From: Picochlorum sp. SENEW3
Taxonomy: Eukaryota
Assembly: GCA_034226945.1 (NCBI GenBank)
Contig: CP120463.1
Span: 62,001 to 126,000 of the forward strand
Length of the DNA stretch: 64,000 nt
Direction: 5' to 3'
Translations under genes and position numbers: made by a program
Shown: piece after piece, positions 34,732-44,570 of the stretch
Numbering within the stretch: position 1 is the first letter of the stretch
Layout: each line of letters opens with the position of its first letter
The notes under the pieces: generated by a model
Database searches by the model: none
Seen by the model: only the letters and a program-made list of their open reading frames with translations
What the model was told of the DNA's origin: nothing

Positions 34732-37700
34732 ATGATTGGGAAGCTTTCTTTGAAAAAGAGTCTTATTGCTGGTTTAGGAGGAGCAATAGGGGTTCTATCG
34801 CTATACCATGACTCGGGAGATGAAGTTCGGGAGGATTCTTCGAACGATGGTATGCGTGTGGTGTGTTTCTCCCCATTGCCAGGTGAACTGGAGTACGATG
34901 TCTGCCATGAGACATCAGCACTGCATGCTGTGGGATGTGTGCTGAGGGATGCTTGGAAATCGACAAGGAATGTGGAGCATCAGAGGATATCCATGACAGT
35001 GATGAAGACGCTATCGTATTTGCAGCAATATGTGTCGTTGATGGCTGTATGTTCTGATTGCTGTGACAAAGTGCATGATAGGTTGCATGTGTTGACAAAG
35101 GCATTGGCTGGGTCCTTCTTCACTCGGCTCATGCTGGAGCATGCTTCTTCCGGGAAAGCGTCGCTAGAATTTAGAGAGGAGACTTCGGACTATATAGCAT
35201 GTGTAATGAAGGATGGAGATATTGCAGCATCTTTCTTGTCGACACCAGGCAATGTAGAAAGGTTGTTTCTGGCATTGGATGGTCAGGATGATTTAGGAGA
35301 ACGTGTGTGGGATTCGATGGAGCATGTGGATGAGGTTCCATTACATGTTAGTATAAGATCTAGGGATGTAGATGTGATGTTGAGCAATTTGGGGCAGTTC
35401 AAGCAGAATGAGGCGAGGAGAAGAATTGCACTGAGAATTTTCAAGTGGGTGTGTCAACGCACTGCACATGGCAATGGTCGCATGTTTGATGCTGCAATGA
35501 TGGGAAAGGCAATACAGTGTATTTCTACGGCTGCAAATGCTGTTTCTGGAGTTGATGTGTCGTCCAAAATGGATATAGTGTCCAGTATGAGGAACATGAT
35601 TGATTTCATGCCCAGTGCATCTGTGCATCGCACACTGCCATGGCTATGGCCATTGCTCTGCTTTGCGGCTGATGGCGTCGGGAGTGAAGGCTGGGATCTT
35701 GTGAATGAATCTTTGGATTGCTTCACTTCATGTATTGAGAAAGGAGTGCATGTATCCCCAGATTTGATAGAAAAATCTGCATTGCCTCTGCTGTACAGTA
35801 TAGCACGAGATGTTCCATCTACTCGCTTGGATGTTGGTGTCAGAATCGCTGAGTGTATAGGGAGTTTGGCTAGGACAACATCGTCGATATCACATGCTCA
35901 GAAGAGGAGATGGGCAGAATTGTTCACGTCTTGGCTGATTAGGTTGGATCCGAGAGAGGCTGATTTAACACGTGGTACAACAATCATTGAAGCAAAAGCA
36001 TTATCAGAATCTCTTGTTGATGCTCTAACGTGCCTCGCTTCAAAGCATGGAATAGAAGGAGTTCAAATAGCGCATTTGTGGTTGGCGGATACCATTATTC
36101 ATTTGTCAAAAATGGCAACTCCATACAGCAAAGTTGAAAAAGACGTTCGGGTTGTTCCAAAAGAGGATGTTACCAAAAAGCGTGGAAATCGGCTTTGGTA
36201 TTGGCCTCTTTTTCGGTGGAATACTCAGAAAAATGTTGAGAATGAGGAAGCTTTGGAGGATGAGGCACATGCTGTTGCAGATATGGCAGAAAAGATGCTT
36301 GGTCCAGCAGTGAGGGAATCTGAAGGAAACAGACATGAAATCGATGAGAATCGGGAGATAAGCCAGCATGTACCTTGGTGGCAATATTACAAGATATGGA
36401 TGGGTCAAAAGGAGGAATTGAATAAGGAAGACGAGGGTGAAGGAGTTGTGAGGGATTCTTCTGTTGATGCTTCAGATCCAGAATTGGCACTCTACATCAA
36501 TGCATCCCCTGTTGGTCCAATTTATGCTCGATCTGTTGCAAGGAGATTGCTTGAAGCTTCCGGTAATGTATTCAATGTAGAACCTGATCTTAGTCAGTCA
36601 ATTGACGACAACATGTCCCCCAGGACAGCAGCAGCATATAGTGCTGCTGCTGCTGCTGTGAATATGGAAGTAGCTGATATAGCCGTAGGACAAGCCCTGA
36701 AAGTACTCTCAGCTCTAGCATCTGGAAATGCAGATAATAGGCTATGGCTTCTATCTGCTGGAGTTCCACGTCTGTTGCAGATAATTGCCATGAATCGGGG
36801 TGATAGGGAGGATTTAGACAGGCAACCATGGAATTATGGGTCGTGGCAGGAGAATATGCCATTGAAATTACAGCGACAAATTTCTCGTCTCTTGGCCATA
36901 CTATCTACTGAGCTGAATGGAGCAGAGTCTCTCGTTCAGCATGATTTCATTCCCTGGCTTCAGACCCTGGCAGCCTCTAGAGACTGCAAAATATCTAGCA
37001 ATGCTGCCAAGGCGCTGCTGCATATTGAAGCAGCATATAAGAGCGGAATTTTTGTGTCAAGAATACAAAATAAGAATCTTTTAGACCCCTCGAGAAGACT
37101 TGTTAAGAATGACACAGGAATTTCGAATCTTGGGATGAGAGACACTGATCATCATTCTGGAAAGAGGATGATGAATCTTGGAATGGAAGAGAAGCACAAT
37201 TTGTTTGTGAAACAAAAGCGAGCAGAAATGGTATGGAAGAATTTGAGTGAAGATCGCATGGTGCTTCATGATGGTGTGCATCTGTTTACTCCTCTTGCCA
37301 GACACCATGAGGTGTTGGCACAGAAAGGGACAAGCACAAAGTCAGACGATGCTCCAGAATTCGACATTGTGTTTGTTCATGGTATTCGAGGAGGTGCTTT
37401 TATTACCTGGAGGAAAGAAAAGGCATTTTCTCGTGGTGGTGCCCGAGGTAATCTGGATCATTCAATTTGCTGGCCAACCTCCTGGCTTGCACCAATGTTT
37501 CCAAAAGCAAGAATACTGAGTGCGGAGTATGCGGCGCCGGCTACTTGGTGGGAGGGTGAAAGCCTTCCTTTGTTTGCTACAGTGAACCATTTGGCTGATC
37601 GACTGACGGCAGCAGGAATAGGCAACCGCCCAGTTGTATTTGTATGCCATTCAATGGGTGGTATTGTGGTGAAGGAAATAATTGGCAGGGGAACACAAAA

Positions 37701-38133
37701 GGATGCTCCACCATCATTGCGGAAAATTTCAAATGCTGCTGCTGGATTAGTCTTCTATTCAGTCCCCCATGCGGGAAGTAGATTAGCCGATTTGGGGTGG
37801 TCGCTTCGGTATATTGGAGCTTCCCCATCTCGAGCTGTTGCTCATTTGAAGACAGACCCCCACCTTCACGAAATGAATTCAGTCATCCGTGATTTGTGCA
37901 GAAGAGACAAACTAAATGTGCTATCTTTCAGTGAGGGGCTTCCAACAAAGCTATCGTACTTATCGACCCATATTGTGCCCCATGAAAGTGCATACCCAGG
38001 ATACGGTGAGTTTGTTGTGCTCACAGAGCATGACCATATCACTGTGTGCAAGCCAAATGACGTAAATGACCCCGCTTTTGCAAATCTAGTGCAATTTTTG
38101 TCAGAAATCGAGAAAAAAAGTTGCAAGAAATAA
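34732..38133 (+). CDS. SERAC1-like protein (ARM-like helical region + C-terminal alpha/beta hydrolase)
   Basis: DIVFVHGIRGGAFITWR, CWPTSWL, ARILSAEY, AGIGNRPVVFVCHSMGGIVVKE, GLVFYSVPHAGS, IVPHESAYPGYG, DHITVCKP. Confidence 0.85.
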   Translation: MIGKLSLKKSLIAGLGGAIGVLSLYHDSGDEVREDSSNDGMRVVCFSPLPGELEYDVCHETSALHAVGCVLRDAWKSTRNVEHQRISMTVMKTLSYLQQYVSLMAVCSDCCDKVHDRLHVLTKALAGSFFTRLMLEHASSGKASLEFREETSDYIACVMKDGDIAASFLSTPGNVERLFLALDGQDDLGERVWDSMEHVDEVPLHVSIRSRDVDVMLSNLGQFKQNEARRRIALRIFKWVCQRTAHGNGRMFDAAMMGKAIQCISTAANAVSGVDVSSKMDIVSSMRNMIDFMPSASVHRTLPWLWPLLCFAADGVGSEGWDLVNESLDCFTSCIEKGVHVSPDLIEKSALPLLYSIARDVPSTRLDVGVRIAECIGSLARTTSSISHAQKRRWAELFTSWLIRLDPREADLTRGTTIIEAKALSESLVDALTCLASKHGIEGVQIAHLWLADTIIHLSKMATPYSKVEKDVRVVPKEDVTKKRGNRLWYWPLFRWNTQKNVENEEALEDEAHAVADMAEKMLGPAVRESEGNRHEIDENREISQHVPWWQYYKIWMGQKEELNKEDEGEGVVRDSSVDASDPELALYINASPVGPIYARSVARRLLEASGNVFNVEPDLSQSIDDNMSPRTAAAYSAAAAAVNMEVADIAVGQALKVLSALASGNADNRLWLLSAGVPRLLQIIAMNRGDREDLDRQPWNYGSWQENMPLKLQRQISRLLAILSTELNGAESLVQHDFIPWLQTLAASRDCKISSNAAKALLHIEAAYKSGIFVSRIQNKNLLDPSRRLVKNDTGISNLGMRDTDHHSGKRMMNLGMEEKHNLFVKQKRAEMVWKNLSEDRMVLHDGVHLFTPLARHHEVLAQKGTSTKSDDAPEFDIVFVHGIRGGAFITWRKEKAFSRGGARGNLDHSICWPTSWLAPMFPKARILSAEYAAPATWWEGESLPLFATVNHLADRLTAAGIGNRPVVFVCHSMGGIVVKEIIGRGTQKDAPPSLRKISNAAAGLVFYSVPHAGSRLADLGWSLRYIGASPSRAVAHLKTDPHLHEMNSVIRDLCRRDKLNVLSFSEGLPTKLSYLSTHIVPHESAYPGYGEFVVLTEHDHITVCKPNDVNDPAFANLVQFLSEIEKKSCKK

Positions 38134-38158
38134 CTCGCTTATTTATTACAGATGAGTT

Positions 38159-39208
38159 TTAAAGGAGTGCATACACAATTATTGATCTATCATCTGAGAC
38201 ACTAGCAAGCCGCTTTCCATCATCAGACCATGCTACTCCCCAAACTTGATCAGTGTGCTCGGATACAGTTTGAATACACTTGTTATCATCTAGATCCCAT
38301 AGTTTCACCTTTCCATCTGAGCCACCAGTTGCCAAAACCTTCCCATCAGGATGAACTGCAACCCCAAGGACCCATGACTCGTGTCCTGACAAGACTTGAA
38401 TTGTATTACCGGTGGCTGCCTCGAAAATCCCCACGTGCATATCATCACACGCAGAAACAATATATTTTGAATCTGGACTGAAGGCTAGTTTTCTGACGGG
38501 TTTGGAATGATCTTCGCTCTTCCCAACCAGTTTTCCTGATTCTACCTCAAAAATAGCAATGATACCATCCATTCCGGCCCCGGCAATATATTTCCCATCA
38601 GGACTGACAGCAACACTAAGCGTAAATAATTCCCTCCGCTTTTTCTCAGTATCAGAAGGAATCTCAAATGTCGCGACCTCCTTGTTCTCCAAGACGTTCC
38701 ACAGTCGCAGACAGTTTGTACTACCCCCTGCCATTGCCAACACAAGAGGATCAGATTCCGACCTTTTCGGCATAAATGCAATATCCCAGCACTCTGAAGG
38801 ACCCATTTTGATCATGTCACCCACAATAGAATAGCCATCCATGCTCCATACGTTGATTTTTGAATCAAGACTATTTACAGCTCCATACTGTCCTGTCGAA
38901 TCGACACAGACACTCACTGCCCCAAGGGAAACGCCACTCTACGTCATTATACCATAAAATCAATGTAATGCCATCCATCCTCTTGGCAACCATGAATCGT
39001 GCAGAAATTCAACGCAAAAGCAACCTAAACGTACCAGTGTATGGACTTGTGAGATGGCTACCTCCTCAGCGGACCCACTCTCCTCCCAAATATTAACATT
39101 TTCATCCACAGATCCAGTTACAAACTGTTTCTTTCCCGGAACCCAAGAGACTGTCCAGATGGAGTCCTCATGGGCGTTTTCCACCTTTTGCACGAGCTGC
39201 AACCTCAT
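38159..39208 (-). CDS. WDR61: WD40 protein SKI8/WDR61/VIP3; 2 exons (39208-39035, 38938-38159)
   Basis: ENAHEDSIWTVSW, VTGSVDE, SLGAVSV, SLDS.INVW, GHESWVLGV, EHTDQVWGV. The intron joins in frame. Confidence 0.88.
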
Positions 39209-39396
39209 GGCTCGTATATCCAGACCACCAATATCTTTTTTTTAATACCGTCCCATAATTGGCGGATATTATGACCAGTCTCATTCAATGATGGGGCCAT
39301 TGCAATCCAATGGAATGATTCCATCCGGTACGGACCGCACAGAGGAACCATTTGATGGGGACATTGTCGTATTACATCGCTCTATTGTATGTAGTA

Positions 39397-40447
39397 CTAC
39401 TGCTCTGCAATGAGCCTCAACAAGGAACCACTCATTTGGAATGTCTCGGGAGTCTCCTCCAAACAGGCAGTCTTTTCCTGTTGCGACCAGCCCGTTGCCA
39501 TGGCATTCAAAACCTCTCTGACCTTGTCCAAGTGGTCCCTGACGTTGCCTTCCCATTGGTAGAATTTACCCAACCATCCATCCAGCACAGCCTCAGATAC
39601 TTGTTTGCCAATCATTCTTCCACCAGCGGTATGAGCAAAATAATAGTTATAGTAATGGCATATGAACGCAGGGGGAGAAGATTCTGACAGTTCTCGTAAC
39701 AAGGAAGCATACTGCGCCCCTGGACTATCTGCTGAAGGGCTGCATGCAGTGAGGCCCCAGGTGTTCACAGCATACTGAATATCTTCCGCCAGGGCATCCC
39801 CACGCTCAAGCCCATTGTTTCTCAAGCCCTCATCTACACAACAAGACATGATGAATTTTTGGAACAGTTGAGCATATCAGCTGTAGAGAAAGACGTACAT
39901 GTGGGATCTGAAGCAACTATAGTTTCAAAGGCATCATAGACAATCTTGGATTCCTCCATGAAACGCAGATACCCCTGTTTCGTCGGCACAAACTGCAAGA
40001 AGGATATCGAAAAAGCCTATATGAGAACAGTGTGAAGACAAAGAAAGAAAGATGAAGAGATGTACGTACTGGCTTCTGGTCCTTTGGTGCCTCTGCCTGG
40101 CCCTCTGCTGGAGCCTGCTCTCTTGTGTGTAATTTCATGGCGTACTTTCTTAACTCATCCAAAAATGCTGCACATGAGAAACCAACCCAACACTCAGATC
40201 CATGTCCCAAGTCAGTTCTGGAAGACAAGCAACCATACAACGTACGTTTTTCTTCATATGTAGCCTCCCCAGTCCTCTGCTCTACCTCATTATGTACTCT
40301 AGTAACAATACGCTCCTGATTCGTCATGAGACGAGGTCGATACCGGCATCCATGTTGTGGTGAATACGCCTTGCGGTTGGTGGGTAGCGTTATCCCATTC
40401 CTTGGAGCAATGATTGCAGCCCTGGATTGAATGTGTGATACAACCAT
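39397..40447 (-). CDS. HMOX1: Plastid heme oxygenase (HY1/HMOX1-type); 4 exons (40447-40246, 40167-40070, 39992-39899, 39833-39397)
   Basis: The spliced product contains FLDELRKYAMKLHTREQA, GYLRFMEESK, YEGLRNNGLER and AFICHYYNYYFAHTAGGRMIG. All three GT-AG introns preserve frame. Confidence 0.92.
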
Positions 40448-40457
40448 AGTGTATAAA

Positions 40458-41648
40458 TTAATTGTTTTTAATCTGGAAACGGAATGAGGATTCTGTTGTA
40501 TCAATCTGCATTCTGTCCGAATCGATGACTCTCATCATCTTGAGGGCAGCCAATCTTTCTTGAAATTCCTCACCATTCATGCCATACAGCAAGGAAGATG
40601 CCTGCTCTGTGATGCTGGAGATCCAAGATAGCATACGGTACTCTTGTCCAGTGAGTGAGGGTATTATTTTGAGAGAGTGGGCTCCCTCGCCAGATATAGT
40701 CATTGACTGGAGTGTTTCTGAGTTACCCATGGATTCCAAGAGGACTGTGCAGGCGGCATCAGTTGCCCTGTGACTCGTTTCAACAGCATTCCAGTCTCCA
40801 AGTATATGAGGTGGGACATATGCTCCCTCTCTGTACGGGCGCTGGAAGACGTCTAGTAGTTCTGTGTCCTCCACTGCAACACTCATAAGCACATACATGG
40901 CATCCAGATTCAGATGAACGACTTGATGCAATGCTTGTCGAGTAATAACACCGACAACTCCTATCTTTTTAACTGAAAGAGTTTCCAGAAATATTCCTGA
41001 CGGGATGTTCACTATAGAGATTGAGTGGGAGGTGAGAATATCTTTCTCCCAAATTTCACCATACTCTATGGTGAGATGGCGTAGGGAACCTGGAAGGTGC
41101 TCAAAATCATACAGAGTGAATTTTCGCAGCACCAACTCTTTCAAACATTTTAGTGATCTGATTGTTTCCGCCCTAAATGATGAATTATTTCTCCAGGTGT
41201 CAGGCAAATTCACCTCGAGAAATTGGAGGAATTCTAGCTGGGGTGCAAGTGTGGCAACATCCTGCAGGAAAGATGATGGATTTGTATACTGAAGCATATC
41301 ACCGGCGCCTTGATTATTCCTACAAGGAATAATAACCATCCCAGTGGCAGTATTATGTAGAAAGTCAAACAAAGAGCGGGGAGGGGCAGGCTGATGAGAT
41401 TCTCCATCCCTGGGTTGGCAGAGCATCAACACCTCATAAATATCGAGCTTGATATGGATGTCACCCATACAAGAACTATCTTTGAGAGAATGTCTCCAAC
41501 TAGAGCATACAGAGGAAGCTGTCCAAAGCCTTTTCTGCAGCGTGCTGAGACTGACACTGCCATGTGCCCCATCCATGCCTGCTAAAGTCTCTTCAGACTT
41601 TGTCACATATTTCATCAGGATGATCCCCAGGACATCCTGCGGCAACAT
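40458..41648 (-). CDS. F-box/LRR-like protein
   Basis: N-terminal LPQDVLGIIL...SSVCSSWR (F-box-like) and LxxLxxLxL motifs (SLKCLKELVL, LPGSLRHLTI). Confidence 0.55.
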   Translation of the reverse strand: MLPQDVLGIILMKYVTKSEETLAGMDGAHGSVSLSTLQKRLWTASSVCSSWRHSLKDSSCMGDIHIKLDIYEVLMLCQPRDGESHQPAPPRSLFDFLHNTATGMVIIPCRNNQGAGDMLQYTNPSSFLQDVATLAPQLEFLQFLEVNLPDTWRNNSSFRAETIRSLKCLKELVLRKFTLYDFEHLPGSLRHLTIEYGEIWEKDILTSHSISIVNIPSGIFLETLSVKKIGVVGVITRQALHQVVHLNLDAMYVLMSVAVEDTELLDVFQRPYREGAYVPPHILGDWNAVETSHRATDAACTVLLESMGNSETLQSMTISGEGAHSLKIIPSLTGQEYRMLSWISSITEQASSLLYGMNGEEFQERLAALKMMRVIDSDRMQIDTTESSFRFQIKNN

Positions 41649-42002
41649 GTTCCAATCCTATACAGAAGTCATACAATCTCTGTGAGTCTGGACCTCGCTG
41701 AATCTTGAGAAGAGACTACTGAAACGCACCATACCCGTGACAAGCCCTCCCTTCCAAAGAGCTGGAGAAAGCCAACCTTTGAACTCTTGAAATCACAGCG
41801 ATTTTTTTCCTCTCTGCGCATGAATACATGTAACTCATATACGGTTAATAATTATGAATAAAAACGCACTGTTCCGGAATATAGACAAAGAGAGACTCTA
41901 TATTGCACAATTATCTAATTCCACTTTTTAAGAAACAATACACTGGCTGGCTGATGAAATTCACAGTCATGGATAGGAATTTGCATGGATTGAAATGCTC
42001 TC

Positions 42003-42845
42003 ATGTTTGTTCAACGCCTGTCTTCTTCCTGGAAACTCCTAGATACGACAAGAGACCGCTTTCATAGGACTTTTGTGCAGAGCGTCATGAACGGGTCTGC
42101 ACAACAGCATACTTGGGACGGAAGCGGAACGCAGGAGGAGTTTATGAAGCGAGATGAGTGCATTTTGGTGGATGAAGGTGATGAGATAGTGGGTCATTCG
42201 AGTAAGTACCAGGCTCATCGTTTTGAGGGTGAGCAACCAAGAGGCTTGTTGCACAGGGCATTTTCAGTATTTCTTTTTGATCAAGACGATCGTCTGTTAC
42301 TGCAGCAACGAGCTGGGTCGAAAATCACATTTCCTCATGTATGGACGAATACATGCTGTAGTCATCCTTTGTATGGATATGAGCCCACGGAGGTGGACAC
42401 AAAGGAAGATGTTTGCAATGGTAGTGCACCTGGAGCAGCTCAGGCTGCAATTCGGAAATTGGAGCACGAACTTGGCATCTCCCCGGAAACTTTTTCATCG
42501 TCTGAGGATTTTAAATTTCTAACGAGGCTCCATTATTGTGCCCGAGATGAGAAGACATGGGGGCCTGATGCACCTTGGGGAGAGCATGAGATGGATTATA
42601 TTCTATTTGCAAAAGTGCCCAATGTGGTTCTCAATCCAAATGCGGATGAGGTACAGGCGACAGCGTACGTAACAAGAGCAGAGCTGAAGGAAATGATGGA
42701 GCCTAACAACGGTCTGCTGTGGTCCCCTTGGTTTAGAATAATAGCAGAAACTTTTTTGGAAGAATGGTGGGATGATTTGGAAGCGACATTGACAACAAAC
42801 AAGCATGTAGATGCAAAGACGATACATTCAATTCTAAAAGAATAG
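42003..42845 (+). CDS. IDI1: Isopentenyl-diphosphate delta-isomerase type 1
   Basis: DECILVDE, LLHRAFSVFLF, LLLQQRA..KITFP.VWTNTCCSHP, WGEHEMDYILF, WSPWFR. Confidence 0.96.
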   Translation: MFVQRLSSSWKLLDTTRDRFHRTFVQSVMNGSAQQHTWDGSGTQEEFMKRDECILVDEGDEIVGHSSKYQAHRFEGEQPRGLLHRAFSVFLFDQDDRLLLQQRAGSKITFPHVWTNTCCSHPLYGYEPTEVDTKEDVCNGSAPGAAQAAIRKLEHELGISPETFSSSEDFKFLTRLHYCARDEKTWGPDAPWGEHEMDYILFAKVPNVVLNPNADEVQATAYVTRAELKEMMEPNNGLLWSPWFRIIAETFLEEWWDDLEATLTTNKHVDAKTIHSILKE

Positions 42846-43193
42846 TATAGATATTTTACATATGCAATTAATCCAGTTAAGTAATACAAATTGCTCATAC
42901 AGGCTGAGAAAAAACAATTATCATCAGTAGACCCACACAATCCACAGCCAAAATTGGCATCTTGAACAATATCTTGGCATGCAGGCTGAAAACGTACATC
43001 GTCGCACTTCTGCGCTTTGAATGCACTGAATGAAAAGTCCAAAATCAGCATGAGAAAAAACATCTGGGCTGATGCTTTGGAGAGCAGCAAAATCTACCTA
43101 GATTCCCTCAACTCCATAGAAATAGACATCATAGGTCCATATCTCATCACAACAACGATACTATCTAGCGCATGAAAACTTGAAAATTTCTTC

Positions 43194-43832
43194 TCACAGA
43201 CTACCAGCACGAACAAGTTCGCAAAATTCATAGTAGTCAAGACCATGAATCTTGTTCTGCTTCTTCCTCCTTCCTCCAGGAGTCTTGGGGGATCTGGGGG
43301 AAACGGGAACGCTTCCGTCCCCTTCTGCATCCCTAGAAGACAACGACGCACGTGGAGTTGGCACACTTGATGTTTCAATCAAGTCCAATGAGGAACGCGG
43401 TGTCTCTGCAGCAGCCACTGTTGATGCTTTTGGTGTTCCCAGTATAGATGCTACAGATGTCCTCGGAACCTTTAATGTTTTGGAAATGAACAAGGGAGAA
43501 GGTGGAGCCTTATCATTATTATTGTTCGACATGTTCACACCCTGAGAGGCGGTTGGAATCGACACTGGCTGTGTCATGGGTCTCTCCTTTTCACAACCAG
43601 CCATCGTACTTGCATCACACGGTGTCTCATCGTATTGCACCTGATGATCACCATCCAACATGACATGCATACTAAAATCGTTGAAGGATACGGCAGATGC
43701 CAACTTTCCCTTATCTCTGGCATCCACTTCAGAGACCTGGTGATTTCTCTGGAACTGATCCTCCTCAGGACCACTTTGGATGGCCGCTGTTTGATCTAAT
43801 TGTGTTGTCAATCTTCTCAGTAAGCTCGACAT
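43194..43832 (-). CDS. Hypothetical low-complexity Ser/Pro-rich protein
   Basis: 212-aa ATG ORF with many S/T-P sites and a C-terminal LDYYEFCELVR. Family unknown. Confidence 0.6.
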   Translation of the reverse strand: MSSLLRRLTTQLDQTAAIQSGPEEDQFQRNHQVSEVDARDKGKLASAVSFNDFSMHVMLDGDHQVQYDETPCDASTMAGCEKERPMTQPVSIPTASQGVNMSNNNNDKAPPSPLFISKTLKVPRTSVASILGTPKASTVAAAETPRSSLDLIETSSVPTPRASLSSRDAEGDGSVPVSPRSPKTPGGRRKKQNKIHGLDYYEFCELVRAGSL

Positions 43833-44570
43833 GATAAATCAGATACGCTCGTCGCGTCGATGTCGGGTATCGTATAGTATACCGAAAACACTCTGTTTCA
43901 GGCGCGCTTGGATACTCACGCTCCCCGTCTGACACGTTCTGGGTGACCTTGTTTGCTTTGAATGCCCTCAAACTTCTGCAATGGATATATATATGGTATC
44001 ATATTAGATATAATCACTCATTTATGCAACATTTCCGAGATGGGGAGTGGATACAAGCACGAACCTAGTGTCGGATAGAGTCTTTCGCGATGGTACACTT
44101 GTTTCCTGGCGGCCACGTTCTGCACGTTGCTGATGAGATGGGTTTGCTCGAATAAAATGAAGTTTAATAGATTTGTAAATGTATTGAAATCTCTTGTATT
44201 TGCTTTTTATCCATGTAGTGGGTATCGGAGGACTTGATTTCCACGCGTCAGGGGAGACCGCGTGCGTGAAACCTTATCGTCCCATCACACTCGATGGTTG
44301 ATGGGACCATGTGGGGATGGTAGACATGTGCGGATGAGGCCTCATCCGAACGTTGGGCGCCCTGTTCTCAAGAGGGGCTACGTTGCCATGGGTGCTGTAG
44401 CCCACACTAATTGCGTGGAAGTATATATAGTATACATGCGGCAAAAAGAGATTCACGATAGTAGTAGCAAAACATAGTAATGTAAATATTCAACCCTGTT
44501 ATTGGGGTGGGGGAGACGCTGTATATGGTATTAGTCGATTTGAAGGCGACCGGTCATGGCGAGACCCTGG

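Noticed and set aside
44390..44430. Minus-strand ATACTTCCAC as a U1 snRNA 5' end
   Set aside because: It does not match ATACTTACCTG, and I see no Sm site or U1 loop motifs.
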